A stretch of 64,000 nucleotides of DNA from an uncultured delta proteobacterium (GCA_963785235.1 CAWAUM010000011.1:96001-160000); one strand, 5' to 3'. Shown: positions 1 to 11,859, counted from the stretch's first letter. The notes: generated from the sequence alone by a model not told the origin. Made by a program: numbers and translations.

Positions 1-552
1 GACCTTTTCCTCTCCGAGGGGAAGATCGTTTATACCGATGGCCGTAAACCCGAAGACCGTACCGAGTACATTGCCCACAAGGAGGGGACCTTTGAAGGGT
101 TCCCCATCGTTGTGCTCATAAATGGCGGTACGGCCAGTGCTGCAGAGATAGTTGCCGGTGCATTGCAGGATAACAAGCGTGCGATCATCGTGGGTGTGAG
201 AAGCTTTGGTAAGGCATCGGTCCAGACCATAAGGCCCTTGAGCGACGGGTCGGCACTGAAGCTTACCATTGCAAGGTACTATACGCCCCTGGGCAGATCG
301 ATCCAGGCGAAAGGCATTGAGCCTGATGTGGTTGTGGAGCAGAAGGCGCTTGTGAAGGAAGACGCCAAGGCCCAGACCTTTGTCCGGGAAAAGGATCTGA
401 AATCGCATCTGGAGCCCGAGGGAGAAGGTCCTGCAGAGACGGCAGAGGGTGCTTCGGGGCCTGTGAACCTGGATAAAGACTATCAGCTCAAGTATGGGCT
501 CGACATGCTTAAGACATGGGAGGTGTTCCACCGTATCAAGAAGGCAGCATGA
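1..552 (+). CDS. ctpA: C-terminal processing protease (S41 family), 5'-partial
   Basis: Contains S41 motifs LINGGTASAAEIVAGALQD, SFGKASVQ and YYTPLGRSIQAKGIEPD; the frame runs off the window start. Confidence 0.93.
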   Translation, partial: DLFLSEGKIVYTDGRKPEDRTEYIAHKEGTFEGFPIVVLINGGTASAAEIVAGALQDNKRAIIVGVRSFGKASVQTIRPLSDGSALKLTIARYYTPLGRSIQAKGIEPDVVVEQKALVKEDAKAQTFVREKDLKSHLEPEGEGPAETAEGASGPVNLDKDYQLKYGLDMLKTWEVFHRIKKAA

Positions 553-1649
553 GAAAGAAGAGCAGAAGGAAAAGGCAAAACACGATCCTCATTACTGCCG
601 TTATCGGTGGCTTGATTGCTGCGATTCTTATTGTGAGCGGTATCTATTACCTCGCCAGGAAACATCACAAGCCACCCGAGAACACACAGACTCCCGGTAG
701 TATCACCATCACCAAATCACTGATTGCAGGAGAAGAACTCCTCATCAAGGGGTGTCTGTTCGACCTCGGTATACCAAAGGAGAGTGTCCGGATTGTGGGC
801 CGGACTATGGATATCACACTCCCGAAGCCGCTGGATGCAACCCGCATAGAGAAGGTGTTTTCGGGTCTGCGTGTGGCCGAGGGTGTGGAGGTGAGTCTGA
901 AAGAGCCCTCACGGCTTATGGTCATGATCAATGAAAAACAGTGGAATATCTTCTTTCATGTGAGAAAGGCGCCTGAAAAAAGGCTCTCACAGGTCGCAAT
1001 CATCATAGATGATATGGGCATGGATATGGAAGTTGCCCGCAAACTGGCTGCCATTGATGCAGACATCACCTTTTCAGTCTTTCCCCAGGAAAAGTATACG
1101 CAGGAGGTTGCGCAGTATCTCCACAAACACGGGAAAGAGGTTTTGCTCCACCAGCCCATGGAAGGCGGGAATGGGAAGAACCCGGGGGTCGGGGCAATCT
1201 TCCATGATACCGACCCTGCCCAGGCCCAGAAGATCCTGGAAGACTCCCTTGGGAGGGTTCCCATGGCCCTTGGGGTGAACAACCATATGGGCTCTGTGGT
1301 CACCCAGAACGAGGTCATCATGAAGGCAGTGTTTTCAACCATCAAAGAGCATGGACTCTTCTTCATTGACAGCCTCACTACGGGGAACTCGGTATGCCGC
1401 GTCGTTGCAGCCGAAGTGAATCTACCCTTTCAGGCTCGCGATGTATTTCTTGATAACGATCAGACATACCAGTATATAGCAGGACAGTTAGATGAGCTGG
1501 TCGTGGCGGCCAGGCACCGTGGCGAGGCTATCGGGATCTGTCATCCGCACCCCGCAACCGTGGAGGCGCTGGTTAAAGAGGTCCCCCGGCTCAAGGAAAA
1601 GGGGATAGAGGTGGTTCGTGTCTCAAGGCTTGTTGATAACGGCAGATAG
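549..1649 (+). CDS. Divergent polysaccharide deacetylase family (YibQ-like), N-terminal membrane anchor
   Basis: Motifs AIIIDDMG, LLHQPME, GVNNHMGS, FFIDSLT, RDVFLDN and AIGICHP. ATG at 549 overlaps the ctpA stop (ATGA). Confidence 0.9.
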   Translation: MRKKSRRKRQNTILITAVIGGLIAAILIVSGIYYLARKHHKPPENTQTPGSITITKSLIAGEELLIKGCLFDLGIPKESVRIVGRTMDITLPKPLDATRIEKVFSGLRVAEGVEVSLKEPSRLMVMINEKQWNIFFHVRKAPEKRLSQVAIIIDDMGMDMEVARKLAAIDADITFSVFPQEKYTQEVAQYLHKHGKEVLLHQPMEGGNGKNPGVGAIFHDTDPAQAQKILEDSLGRVPMALGVNNHMGSVVTQNEVIMKAVFSTIKEHGLFFIDSLTTGNSVCRVVAAEVNLPFQARDVFLDNDQTYQYIAGQLDELVVAARHRGEAIGICHPHPATVEALVKEVPRLKEKGIEVVRVSRLVDNGR

Positions 1650-1731
1650 GCGCATGAATAACGATGACGTTCTTTTATTGGATCCTATGGTCATTCTTAT
1701 GAGAGATGAAGATGCTTAAAGGCTTACATTC

Positions 1732-2232
1732 ATGAAGCAGTGGTTCGTTGTGCAGACAAATCCCAAGGAAGAGAACCTTGTCTCCCTTGTCCTTTCCAAG
1801 CAGGACATCCCCATCTATCAGCCGTTCATGGAGAAGTTCGTGTTCCATGCCCGGAAAAAGACCCTGAAGCAATACCCTCTCTTTCCCAATTATATCTTTG
1901 TAAACATAGAGCCTACCGAAGAAGAGTTCCATAAGATCCGCTGGAGCAGGGGTGTGCGGAGGATCCTCATCGACAATTATCAGCCCATTCCCATCGAGGA
2001 GGAGTTCATCGCCTCTCTGCAGATACTACAGGACAATGATACCGGTATCATCAAAAAGCCTGTTGAGTTCGCACCCGGAGACATGGTGCGGATCAAGTCG
2101 GGTCCCATGAAAGACCTTTACGGGATCTTCGAGGAGTGGGGCTCTGATGAGGGCAGGGTAAAGATCCTGATCCAGATGGTCAACAACAGGGCAAAGGTGG
2201 TCATGCACTCCTCCCTTATCGAAAAGGCGTAA
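1732..2232 (+). CDS. NusG-paralogue transcription antitermination factor (RfaH/UpxY/LoaP-like)
   Basis: NGN domain (WFVVQT...PLFPNYIFV...SRGVRRIL) plus KOW domain (FAPGDMVRIKSGPMKDLYG); not in the secE-rplK context. Confidence 0.88.
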   Translation: MKQWFVVQTNPKEENLVSLVLSKQDIPIYQPFMEKFVFHARKKTLKQYPLFPNYIFVNIEPTEEEFHKIRWSRGVRRILIDNYQPIPIEEEFIASLQILQDNDTGIIKKPVEFAPGDMVRIKSGPMKDLYGIFEEWGSDEGRVKILIQMVNNRAKVVMHSSLIEKA

Positions 2233-2249
2233 GATCACAGGAGGGATCC

Positions 2250-3884
2250 ATTCAGAAGATCTTCGGCAACTCCAAAACCCTGAAGGCCTCCGAGGCAAAA
2301 GCCATAGAGCGGCTCTACCGGAGGCGCATGCCCTCCAATGTAGTTGTCACCCATGAACTCTGCACAGAGCTGACCCGTATTTCTTATGATGCCGGCATCC
2401 AAATCGGGCTGCTCATCAACAGACTTGGCGCCATAGAATATGCCATAGCAGGAACTGCAGTCGGCATCACCATCCCTGCGCTGCAACGCATGAGGACTCA
2501 CCCGGGAAGGCTTCAGGGCCTGAGGTTTATCCACACCCACTTCAAGGATGGCCGTCTCACCTCCGAGGATCTTACCGACCTTGCCAAGTTGCGCCTGGAC
2601 ATGATCTATGCCATCGAAGTAGGCCAGGACGGTCAGCCGGGGCCGGCTTATGGGGCGCACCTGGTTCCAGCGGGCGACGCCGCCACCTTGTGGAAACTCT
2701 TGGACCCGGTCCCCACCTACCGCATGGACATACCCTTTGATGCCTTCATCACAGAGCTGGAGTACGAGATCACCAGGAAACAGACCGCACTCGTTGCAGG
2801 CTCGCATGAAGACCGGGCCATCCTGGTTGTTATGGGCACCAAAGGCGGTGATGTCCTCAAGGACACCATTGCAGAATTCCAGGCACTGGCAAAGGCGGCC
2901 GAGGTTACGGTCATGGATACGGTGGTGCAGAGAAGGCCCAAGCCCGATCCCAGGTATGTGGTCGGCAAGGGCAAGGTGGCTGACATCTACATGATGGCTT
3001 TAGCCAGGGATGCCAACCTCCTTATCTTCGATCATGAGCTTACACCGTCGCAGGCCCGCTCCATTGCAGAGATAGCGGACATGAGGGTCATCGACCGCAC
3101 CCAGCTTATCCTCGACATCTTTGCCCGCAGGGCCCGGACAAGGGAAGGCAAGATCCAGGTGGAGCTTGCCCAGCTCAGGTATAACATGTCCCGGCTCGTG
3201 GGCAAGAACCCGTCGCTGAGCAGGCTGGCTGGTGGCATCGGCACCAGGGGGCCTGGAGAGGCCAAGCTCGAGGTGGACCGGCGCCGTGCCAAGGAACGCA
3301 TGGAGCGCCTGGAAAAACAGGCGCGCCAGATCGGCCGCAAGCGCATGCTCACCAGGCTGCGCAGGGGCAGGAGGGCATTGCCAGTTATATCCATCATCGG
3401 CTATACCAACACCGGCAAGTCAACCCTGCTCAACACCCTGACCAAGAGCAGCGTACTCACGGCAGACATGCCCTTTGCCACGCTGGACCCCTCCAGCAAG
3501 CGGCTGAGATTCCCCAAAGACATCGAGGTGATCATCACCGACACGGTGGGATTTATCCGCGATCTGCCCAAAGACCTGAAGGCCGCCTTTGCGGCCACGC
3601 TGGAAGAATTGATGGATGCCGAGCTTCTGCTAGAGGTCATAGACCTCACCGATGGCCATATCGACTACAGAATCCAGGCTGTGGAAGAGATCCTGAAAGG
3701 GTTGAACCTCCAGGATAAACCGCGACTCAAGGTGTTCAACAAGTCTGACCAGTGTGGGCAGGATCTGGCCGAGACCTTGTCCGGGCGTTATCACGGCGTA
3801 GCCGTATCCGCGCTGGATAAAAAGACCCTCATCCCTCTCATTGAGCGGATGCAGAGCTATTTTGTGCATGGAAAGGCCTATTGA
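2250..3884 (+). CDS. hflX: GTPase HflX, long N-terminal form, probable ATT start
   Basis: Motifs DRTQLILDIFARRARTREGKIQVELAQL, GYTNTGKS, FATLDP, DTVGF and NKSD. The frame extends 26 codons upstream of ATG 2328 to ATT 2250, which follows GGAGG. Confidence 0.93.
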   Translation: MQKIFGNSKTLKASEAKAIERLYRRRMPSNVVVTHELCTELTRISYDAGIQIGLLINRLGAIEYAIAGTAVGITIPALQRMRTHPGRLQGLRFIHTHFKDGRLTSEDLTDLAKLRLDMIYAIEVGQDGQPGPAYGAHLVPAGDAATLWKLLDPVPTYRMDIPFDAFITELEYEITRKQTALVAGSHEDRAILVVMGTKGGDVLKDTIAEFQALAKAAEVTVMDTVVQRRPKPDPRYVVGKGKVADIYMMALARDANLLIFDHELTPSQARSIAEIADMRVIDRTQLILDIFARRARTREGKIQVELAQLRYNMSRLVGKNPSLSRLAGGIGTRGPGEAKLEVDRRRAKERMERLEKQARQIGRKRMLTRLRRGRRALPVISIIGYTNTGKSTLLNTLTKSSVLTADMPFATLDPSSKRLRFPKDIEVIITDTVGFIRDLPKDLKAAFAATLEELMDAELLLEVIDLTDGHIDYRIQAVEEILKGLNLQDKPRLKVFNKSDQCGQDLAETLSGRYHGVAVSALDKKTLIPLIERMQSYFVHGKAY

Positions 3885-6800
3885 CTACTGGGCCTTTTCC
3901 CTGATGAGCCTCAGCGCGTCATCGATCAGCCGCCCGGGGAGCTTCAGCGACCTGAGAAGTGATGCCGCAACCGTGTTGGACAGGGTATTGATGGGCTCCA
4001 GCTTGACCCTGGGTTCATCCATCGTTCCCTTAAGGCCCATGCTCACCACGATCATCTTCCCCTTATCGCCGGTGAGCACCCAGCCTACGAGCGGGATCTT
4101 GCTGACCGTCCAGTCCACACTCTCTAAAGGTTGGATGCCGATATGGGCATCGATCTTTTTGGTCTTTAAGGCATACTTTCCCACGGCTGAGATCTGTATG
4201 GAGTTGCTCTCAAGTGCGAAATCATTGAAATCCACCACATTGTCTTTTATATTCAGTGTCGATGAGATGCGGTTATAGGTGAAGTGATTGCTCAGGAAGT
4301 CGATGTCCCGGTTCTGGATGATCTTATATACATTCAGCAAAGAGAAGATCTGCGAGATAAGCGCATATTTCCGTATCTCGCCATCCCTGGCGGCAATGGT
4401 GAGCGTCCCGTTTAAAGAGTCTTCCTGGCCGAAGATATGCCCCTGGATATCGAGGTTGCCATCCACAACGGATTTGATATTTGTCGCGCGCAGCAGCTTA
4501 CGCATATCAGCGTCTTTGATGGAGACCATCATGTCAAAGGTTGAGGTGCCGTCCACCGCAACATTCATAGCCCCCCTGGCAGTACCTGAGACGGTTTCCA
4601 GCACTACCTGGGAGAGGCTTAAGTTGCCGTCTGTCAGATCGGCCTGGGCGGTTGCGTTCTCAACAGGCAGCCCCGAGAAGATGCAATCGACAAACTGGAG
4701 CGCTGCCTGCGCCCGTAAACCTTCCAGCCCTTTCAGGGATGCAGCCCCATCTCCTGTGACCATGCCCTTTATGACAGCGCTTCCCCTGAAAGATGGCTTA
4801 CTGTCATATTCGAGTTTTCCGCTTAAAGTTATAGAAGTATCACCTGAGGTAATGCGCACCGAGTCGGATGAGATAATGGGCGTGCTGATGGCAAGCGGAC
4901 CGTTTATGGTAACGAGGCCGTCTTGATAGGGCAGCGCAGCATCACTTAAGCTAAGGGTTCCTTCAACCGAGGTGAGATTCCCCCACGTGATCTTGACAGA
5001 GCCATCCGCAATGCCCTTTAAAGCCTGGATGCCCCGGGAATTTTTCAGGGATATGTCCTTGAGGAGCAGCTGGCCGGACAGGGTTGCAGAACCTGCATCA
5101 GCGTTGATACCGGCGCTGCCGGACAGCGAGCCCGATGGGGTCTGGATGACCATGTTGCTTACATCGATTGCGTTCAAGCCAGCAGGACCGGCCTTGAAGT
5201 CACCTTTTATGGAGGCCCCCTGAGAAGAGAATGAATTGCTGCCGGTCGCATAGGCCATGCTCGAGGCCTTCAGTTCGAACGAGCCTTTGAGCCTGGTTGC
5301 CTTCCCCGACCCTGTGAGCTTGAGAACAGGGTTTTCCAGGGCAATCTTCCCCAGTGGCGGCAGGTGGTCTGCGACAAGCGTATAACGGGAGAGGTTTTCG
5401 CCGAAGGGTGCAACCAGGCTTACATCGAGACTCCTGATATGGGCCTTGTCGAATGAACCGCTCAAGATGATGTGCTGTGGAGTGGAGAAGCTCTCGGCAT
5501 GGATAGAGCCTGACTGATCGGCAATGGTATGCGTGCCCCAGTTGTACGCGCACCCGGTAAGCCTGATATCACCCTTGCTCCTGAATGGGTTTTTGAGAGC
5601 TTCATCGTAATAGGTGTTTACCAGGGCCTTTATCTGGCCGCTCTTCACCCTGGTCACCGGATTTAATATCTTGTAGATGTCCGGGGGCACCATTGCGGCA
5701 CGCCACGCGCGCATGAAATCGGATACAGGCATATCCAGATCTACATCCACCCCTACACGCATGAGCGGCTTCACTGCCCCGGGGAACACGATATCAACCC
5801 TCTTCAGGGTTGATCCGCCCACGACCCCGGAGATGTTGCTGAACCTGATATCACCGTTGCCATAGATTACCCGGCCCCTTATGCCGGTTATTCTCTCAGG
5901 CGCATGAAGGGCACTGAAACTCTGGGCATTAAGATCCTGGACCACAGAGAGGTTCTGCATAAGGCTCTCCCCGGACAGGAAACCACTGATAGGGCCGTTG
6001 TACCTCGCCAGGGAAAACCGGGAGCGGCCGCCTCTGATCTGCTTTGTAAGCAGGGTTCCAAGCCACTCGGGGAACAGCTGAACCGGGAGCACCTCAACCA
6101 CCTTCTCATAATCGAAATCCTTGGAAGCGGCCTCCAGGTTGAGCACTGCATCCTTCCAGGTATCCAGATCCTTTAACCCGATAACCTCTCCCTTGCCTGA
6201 TATGGTAATGACCGGGGTATTGATGGAGATGTCCGTAAAGTTCATGCGCTCCCGATCACCGGATAAAGCTGCAGTGACGAGGATCTTGCTCATGGTGCCG
6301 CGCATACAGGGAAGACTCAGGTCTTTTGCCTGGAAGGAAAAAGATCCGGTCTTTGCGTTTTTCATATCCTCTATGGTGAAACTCATGTGCGCGGTACCCT
6401 TGAAACCGGCATCGATCTGGTCAAGGGGGATACCATAGGCATCAAAGGTCACCTTGCCGGGCTTGAGAAGGTCGGCCTGGAGGAGCACCCTGCCGCCAAG
6501 GGTGCGAGCCCTGAGGTTGATCCAATCCCTGGTGATGCGGCCGCTCAGATCGGTAAGGGGGAAATCCATGCCCTGGTAGATGAACTTTACCGAGCCCTTC
6601 CACATGATTACAACAGGCCTTTTGCTCGAGGCCTGGTGGAGCTTGAGCCGCCTCAGCCCGTCAACATCGACCTCTCCCGCAGGCTCCACAAGCCTGAGCT
6701 TGTTGACATTCACATCTCCATAAATGAGTCTCCAGATCGTCAGATATACGGTGATGCTTTTGACGCGCAGCGTGATGGCCCCGGGGGAGTCAATAGTGAC

Positions 6801-7016
6801 CTTGGTGAGGATGACGCGCGGGCCCTGCTTCCATTCGAAACGCGCCCTGGCAATGGAAATGGGCAGGGGAAAGTGCTGACGCAGCTGACTCTGCACTGCC
6901 GATGTAACCGCCTCAGGGGACCTGGCGGCAAGACGGGTAAAGAAAATAACAGCACCCACCATCACGACAATAACCACGAGCACTGCAACGGCAATGATCT
7001 TGAAGGATCTCTTCAT
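3885..7016 (-). CDS. AsmA-like (YhdP/TamB-like) beta-taco envelope protein
   Basis: 1043 aa with an N-terminal TM, a beta-rich body and a C-terminal AsmA_2-like end (KIPLVGWVLTG...GTMDEPRV). Confidence 0.8.
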   Translation of the reverse strand: MKRSFKIIAVAVLVVIVVMVGAVIFFTRLAARSPEAVTSAVQSQLRQHFPLPISIARARFEWKQGPRVILTKVTIDSPGAITLRVKSITVYLTIWRLIYGDVNVNKLRLVEPAGEVDVDGLRRLKLHQASSKRPVVIMWKGSVKFIYQGMDFPLTDLSGRITRDWINLRARTLGGRVLLQADLLKPGKVTFDAYGIPLDQIDAGFKGTAHMSFTIEDMKNAKTGSFSFQAKDLSLPCMRGTMSKILVTAALSGDRERMNFTDISINTPVITISGKGEVIGLKDLDTWKDAVLNLEAASKDFDYEKVVEVLPVQLFPEWLGTLLTKQIRGGRSRFSLARYNGPISGFLSGESLMQNLSVVQDLNAQSFSALHAPERITGIRGRVIYGNGDIRFSNISGVVGGSTLKRVDIVFPGAVKPLMRVGVDVDLDMPVSDFMRAWRAAMVPPDIYKILNPVTRVKSGQIKALVNTYYDEALKNPFRSKGDIRLTGCAYNWGTHTIADQSGSIHAESFSTPQHIILSGSFDKAHIRSLDVSLVAPFGENLSRYTLVADHLPPLGKIALENPVLKLTGSGKATRLKGSFELKASSMAYATGSNSFSSQGASIKGDFKAGPAGLNAIDVSNMVIQTPSGSLSGSAGINADAGSATLSGQLLLKDISLKNSRGIQALKGIADGSVKITWGNLTSVEGTLSLSDAALPYQDGLVTINGPLAISTPIISSDSVRITSGDTSITLSGKLEYDSKPSFRGSAVIKGMVTGDGAASLKGLEGLRAQAALQFVDCIFSGLPVENATAQADLTDGNLSLSQVVLETVSGTARGAMNVAVDGTSTFDMMVSIKDADMRKLLRATNIKSVVDGNLDIQGHIFGQEDSLNGTLTIAARDGEIRKYALISQIFSLLNVYKIIQNRDIDFLSNHFTYNRISSTLNIKDNVVDFNDFALESNSIQISAVGKYALKTKKIDAHIGIQPLESVDWTVSKIPLVGWVLTGDKGKMIVVSMGLKGTMDEPRVKLEPINTLSNTVAASLLRSLKLPGRLIDDALRLIREKAQ

Positions 7017-7144
7017 AGCATTCTCTCCTTCATTAGAACACAGAGCCTTAAAATTGCAAGTATTTGTGCTCGATTTTCCTGAACATAAGATTTTGTACCC
7101 TCGGACTCCTTGACGAATTTCCGTTAAACTGATACACTGTGTGC

Positions 7145-8417
<1,273 letters not shown>

Positions 8418-8431
8418 AGGTAAATCCGTGC

Positions 8432-8519
8432 GGAGGGATGGCCGAGTGGTTGAAGGCGGCGGTCTTGAAAACCGTTGTGCCGCAAGGTACCGCGGGTTCG
8501 AATCCTGCTCCCTCCGCCA
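8432..8519 (+). tRNA. tRNA-Ser(UGA)
   Basis: GGAGGGA...TCCCTCC acceptor stem, anticodon loop CT-TGA-AA, long variable arm, GTTCGAATC, encoded CCA. Confidence 0.97.
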
Positions 8520-8535
8520 TTTTTTATTATAATGT

Positions 8536-8730
8536 TCATGATTTATGACCCTGTTTTTTGGCTGCCAACAACTTGCCGACAATGGGGAGATGGATAACAT
8601 CAATGTCTTTCTGATATGCCTTCCGTTTATTCTCTGCAGTACCTTGGTTGAGGCTTTCTCGGACCCTTTCCGAGGTATCAGATAAGGTGTGGGTGACATC
8701 TGCTTGTTCAATGACTGCAACCTGATTCAT
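8536..8730 (-). pseudogene. Truncated N-terminus of a Cre-like tyrosine recombinase
   Basis: Strong RBS (GGGGAGG). 'LNQGTAENKRKAYQKD' resembles the A.NT.RAY..D helix of integrase core-binding domains; no catalytic domain follows. A lox-like site lies upstream. Confidence 0.5.
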
Positions 8731-8745
8731 GATACCTCCCCTTTA

Positions 8746-8778
8746 TTATGTCTGATAATAATCTCTTATCGGACATAA
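8746..8778. repeat. lox/res-like recombination site (13-bp inverted arms, 7-bp spacer)
   Basis: TTATGTCTGATAA-taatctc-TTATCGGACATAA; the arms match at 12/13 positions. Confidence 0.6.
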
Positions 8779-8914
8779 AAAACAGACCTCAATAATAGTG
8801 ATTTGGAGCTTCTTCTGATTGTATGCTTATGATGATTATGAGAAATATTCAGTAATCACAAAGCGTGTCCTATGGCACGTGATCAGCAGTCTCGATAATC
8901 CCCACGTGAGATAA

Positions 8915-8950
8915 AGAAAGGGTGAGGCATCGTATCACCTCACCCTTTTT
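8915..8950. terminator. Intrinsic terminator, probably bidirectional
   Basis: AAAGGGTGAGG...CCTCACCCTTTTT hairpin downstream of the M28 gene. Confidence 0.75.
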
Positions 8951-8972
8951 CATCAGTTATATTGCCTTATAA

Positions 8973-10438
8973 TCAAAACCCTGCATCGACTGCCTTGATT
9001 ATATCAACGAAAGCAGCTGTTGTGGGCCTCAAAGTTTCCACCAGCACGGTATTCGGAGTATCAGCACTCGTGAACTGAGGGGCATTTTCTGCAATATGCC
9101 CGACAAAAGGAATACCAGATGCCATCCATTTCAATGCTTCTCCATGGGCATAATGTACGAGTGAGGTCCTATCAAGCTGATATTTCATCATTGCAGTGGA
9201 GGCTCTATTGATAAGAAATGGACCTGATGGTAAAAAAGCGTTCATAAGGAGTCCCCTTGGTGAGGCCAGCCCGGTGGAGACATATTTCCCATCAATGATC
9301 TTGAATTGCTTTGCAATCATTTCGATGGGAAAGGCGCATTTGATCTTGCCACTGTTGGAGAAGTTCGTATTCATAACTGTCATAAGAACCCCAAGCAGCC
9401 TTCTTGCCGAAATGACTCCCGAGAGCACAGAATACGATCGAATAATTTCTTGTCGTCGCTGGAAACTGTGAGAAATATTTCGCTATCGCCAGCACGACGG
9501 ATGTCCCTGATGCCTTCATTGCATGCCCATCCATCATGATGCGTTTCAACGACAATGAATCGATCAGCCTCTGTTCCATAGTTCTTCCCGGGTATAGTCC
9601 CATACACGTTGTAAACCTCTCCGGACCCATTTGACCCCGTTAACGTCAGCTTTGCTTCGACTGGACCCGATGCTATGAGATTTCTCAGATATGCACCTTC
9701 TACCGGACTCACAGACACACCCGGAATAGAGCCATCGAAATAGTAGTGAAGGAACTGATTATTGTCATCTACTGTGAATGTGAGAATCGCCACATAGCCG
9801 GCAGCACCTCGATCCCTGGCTTTATCGTATGAGTTAAAATTGATTGGCGGCCAGTTCTCCATTACATTGTCGCCAACCAAGGTACCGTCAGGGTCATACT
9901 GAAAGAGTGTCGCAGGAAGAAAAGCTGATGTTGGCGTGGGTAGAGCGTAGATATCCACCACCACTATCTTCCCTGCTACACCACCGGGTACCGCATCAAA
10001 CTCCGCATCTGATCCTCTTCCCACATACACCATGGGAGCTGTTATGCCCTGAGGAGATGTGAATCCCACATAACGCAAGAAATAGCAGGGCATGTCGTTG
10101 CCGTTGACCTCCAAATTCCATGTGTCGGGAAAACTGTAGGTGGCAGGTACTGGCTCAAGAAAAGTGTCCACCAAACCAAATTTCTGGAATTTGTTCAGGA
10201 CATAGTCCGTCCCCTGAAGGTCTGCAACTGTCCCGGGCATACGGTAACCATATTCACCTTTCACTCCGATCTTCCACAGGTCTTTGATCCATCCATACAT
10301 TTCTCCATTTGACGGGAGATATTTTGCCATCCGGCCATACTCAATATCATTGTCAGCTGCAACTGACTGGGTAATGGAGAACGGGATCATTAGTGAAAGT
10401 GATAGGACAACCATTAGAAGCATTACCTTTGTTTTCAT
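8973..10438 (-). CDS. Secreted M28-family peptidase with PA domain (two frameshifts)
   Basis: Signal peptide, PA domain (VYVGRG...GKIVVVD), THHDG, NE-ASGTSVVLAIAKYF and GSHF, spread across three frames. Confidence 0.7.
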
Positions 10439-10887
10439 AGTGCTCCTCCTCATTTTTTAATTGGATAGTCATTTCATCTATTGACGCTGTGTAATTTAAA
10501 CCGTCCCGTGAGCAGTAAATTTATCTGAGGTGAGTATCAATGGATGTGGCTGTTGCTTGAATATGATCAATGATAATGTTGGGAGCCACTAAGTCAATGA
10601 TACCTTATCATAGTGCATCCACACCTATTGACTTTCTTCAAGTCAGGAGTATTGTTTCTTAAGTCTATTAAATGTCATTTTGATTTTTTTAAATATGTAA
10701 TTCAGTGTTCTTTTTAATATGGTCAATTGTTTACCCTTTAATTCAAACCACATCGGGGAATAGCACCTCATCAATTGTTGTTCAGAAGAGAGGAGATGAT
10801 GTCCACCTGAAAGGTTTAAATACACGTTTATTAGGTCATTACCAGTAGGTTGAAGCAATAAGTCCCTGCGAAATAAGGAGGTAACCA

Positions 10888-11187
10888 ATGGTTATTATTG
10901 GCATGATGTCGTATCCCACCGAAGCGGCAAACGAAATAGGAAAACGATTTCTGGCCCTGAAAGCTTTACCAACTGATATCACCATGAGAGGGCCTTATAT
11001 ATACAGCTCAAAAGGTGTGGGTATTCAGACTCTTACTATTTATGAGTGTGATAAATCGAAATTGGCTGATACGTCTGAGTTGATTGGGACTAGGTATGCA
11101 GCCTTCTTTGGTGTACCTGGCTTTACCTATTCAATCCAAGTCTGGTTTGCTGTTAGTGAGGCCTTGAAAATGATCGGATTAGCATAA
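10888..11187 (+). CDS. Hypothetical 99-aa protein (possibly ferredoxin-like fold)
   Basis: Strong RBS (AAGGAGGT) and a clean ORF. Confidence 0.75.
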   Translation: MVIIGMMSYPTEAANEIGKRFLALKALPTDITMRGPYIYSSKGVGIQTLTIYECDKSKLADTSELIGTRYAAFFGVPGFTYSIQVWFAVSEALKMIGLA

Positions 11188-11333
11188 AAGAGTATGTGTT
11201 GTAGTTTCTGTGCCTGCCTTTGCACGATGATCTAGAATTATTATGAACGAACGCTGAATAAATTGTCCGGAAGTGGTGGTTTGGTGGTTTAGGCATAATC
11301 TCAGAAGAGAAATGAACAAGGGAGGAAAGGATA

Positions 11334-11762
11334 ATGGAAAGAATTCATAAACGCATAGAGATCAAGGCGCCAGTAGAGAAGGTTTTCTCTTATCTAGATG
11401 ATCCCAAGAATTCAACAGAATGGATCAACAACATGATCGAAGTTAAGGATGTAACAGGGTCTGGAGTTGGTAAACACTTCAACTGGGTCTGGAAGATGGC
11501 CGGGATAAACTTTAAAGGAGAAAGCACGAACACTGAATATATTCCAAACAAACGAATAGCACTCAAAAGCAAAGGGGGTATTGATGCTACGTGGGATTTC
11601 AAGGTTGAATCTCAGAAAAACGTGACAATCTTGGACCTGGATGTTGATTATACAGTCCCTGTTCCAGTACTTGGGAAACTGGCAGAAAAGCTAATATTAA
11701 AACGCAATGACAGAGATCTTGAAATGGGCCTTATGAATATCAAAGAAAAATTAGAGTCATAA
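11334..11762 (+). CDS. SRPBCC / polyketide-cyclase family protein
   Basis: IEIKAPVEKVFSYLDDPKNSTEW motif, C-terminal helix and RBS GGAGG. Confidence 0.88.
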   Translation: MERIHKRIEIKAPVEKVFSYLDDPKNSTEWINNMIEVKDVTGSGVGKHFNWVWKMAGINFKGESTNTEYIPNKRIALKSKGGIDATWDFKVESQKNVTILDLDVDYTVPVPVLGKLAEKLILKRNDRDLEMGLMNIKEKLES

Positions 11763-11828
11763 GACCTGATCTCGTTTTCACCAAAGGATTTAAGAGCGAT
11801 CAGTACTAGATAACACAACTGAGCTGTT

Positions 11829-11859
11829 AAAGGCTGGGTACAATAACTCGGCCTTTTTT
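11829..11859 (+). terminator. Intrinsic terminator
   Basis: AAAGGCTGGGT-loop-ACTCGGCCTTTTTT. Confidence 0.7.
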
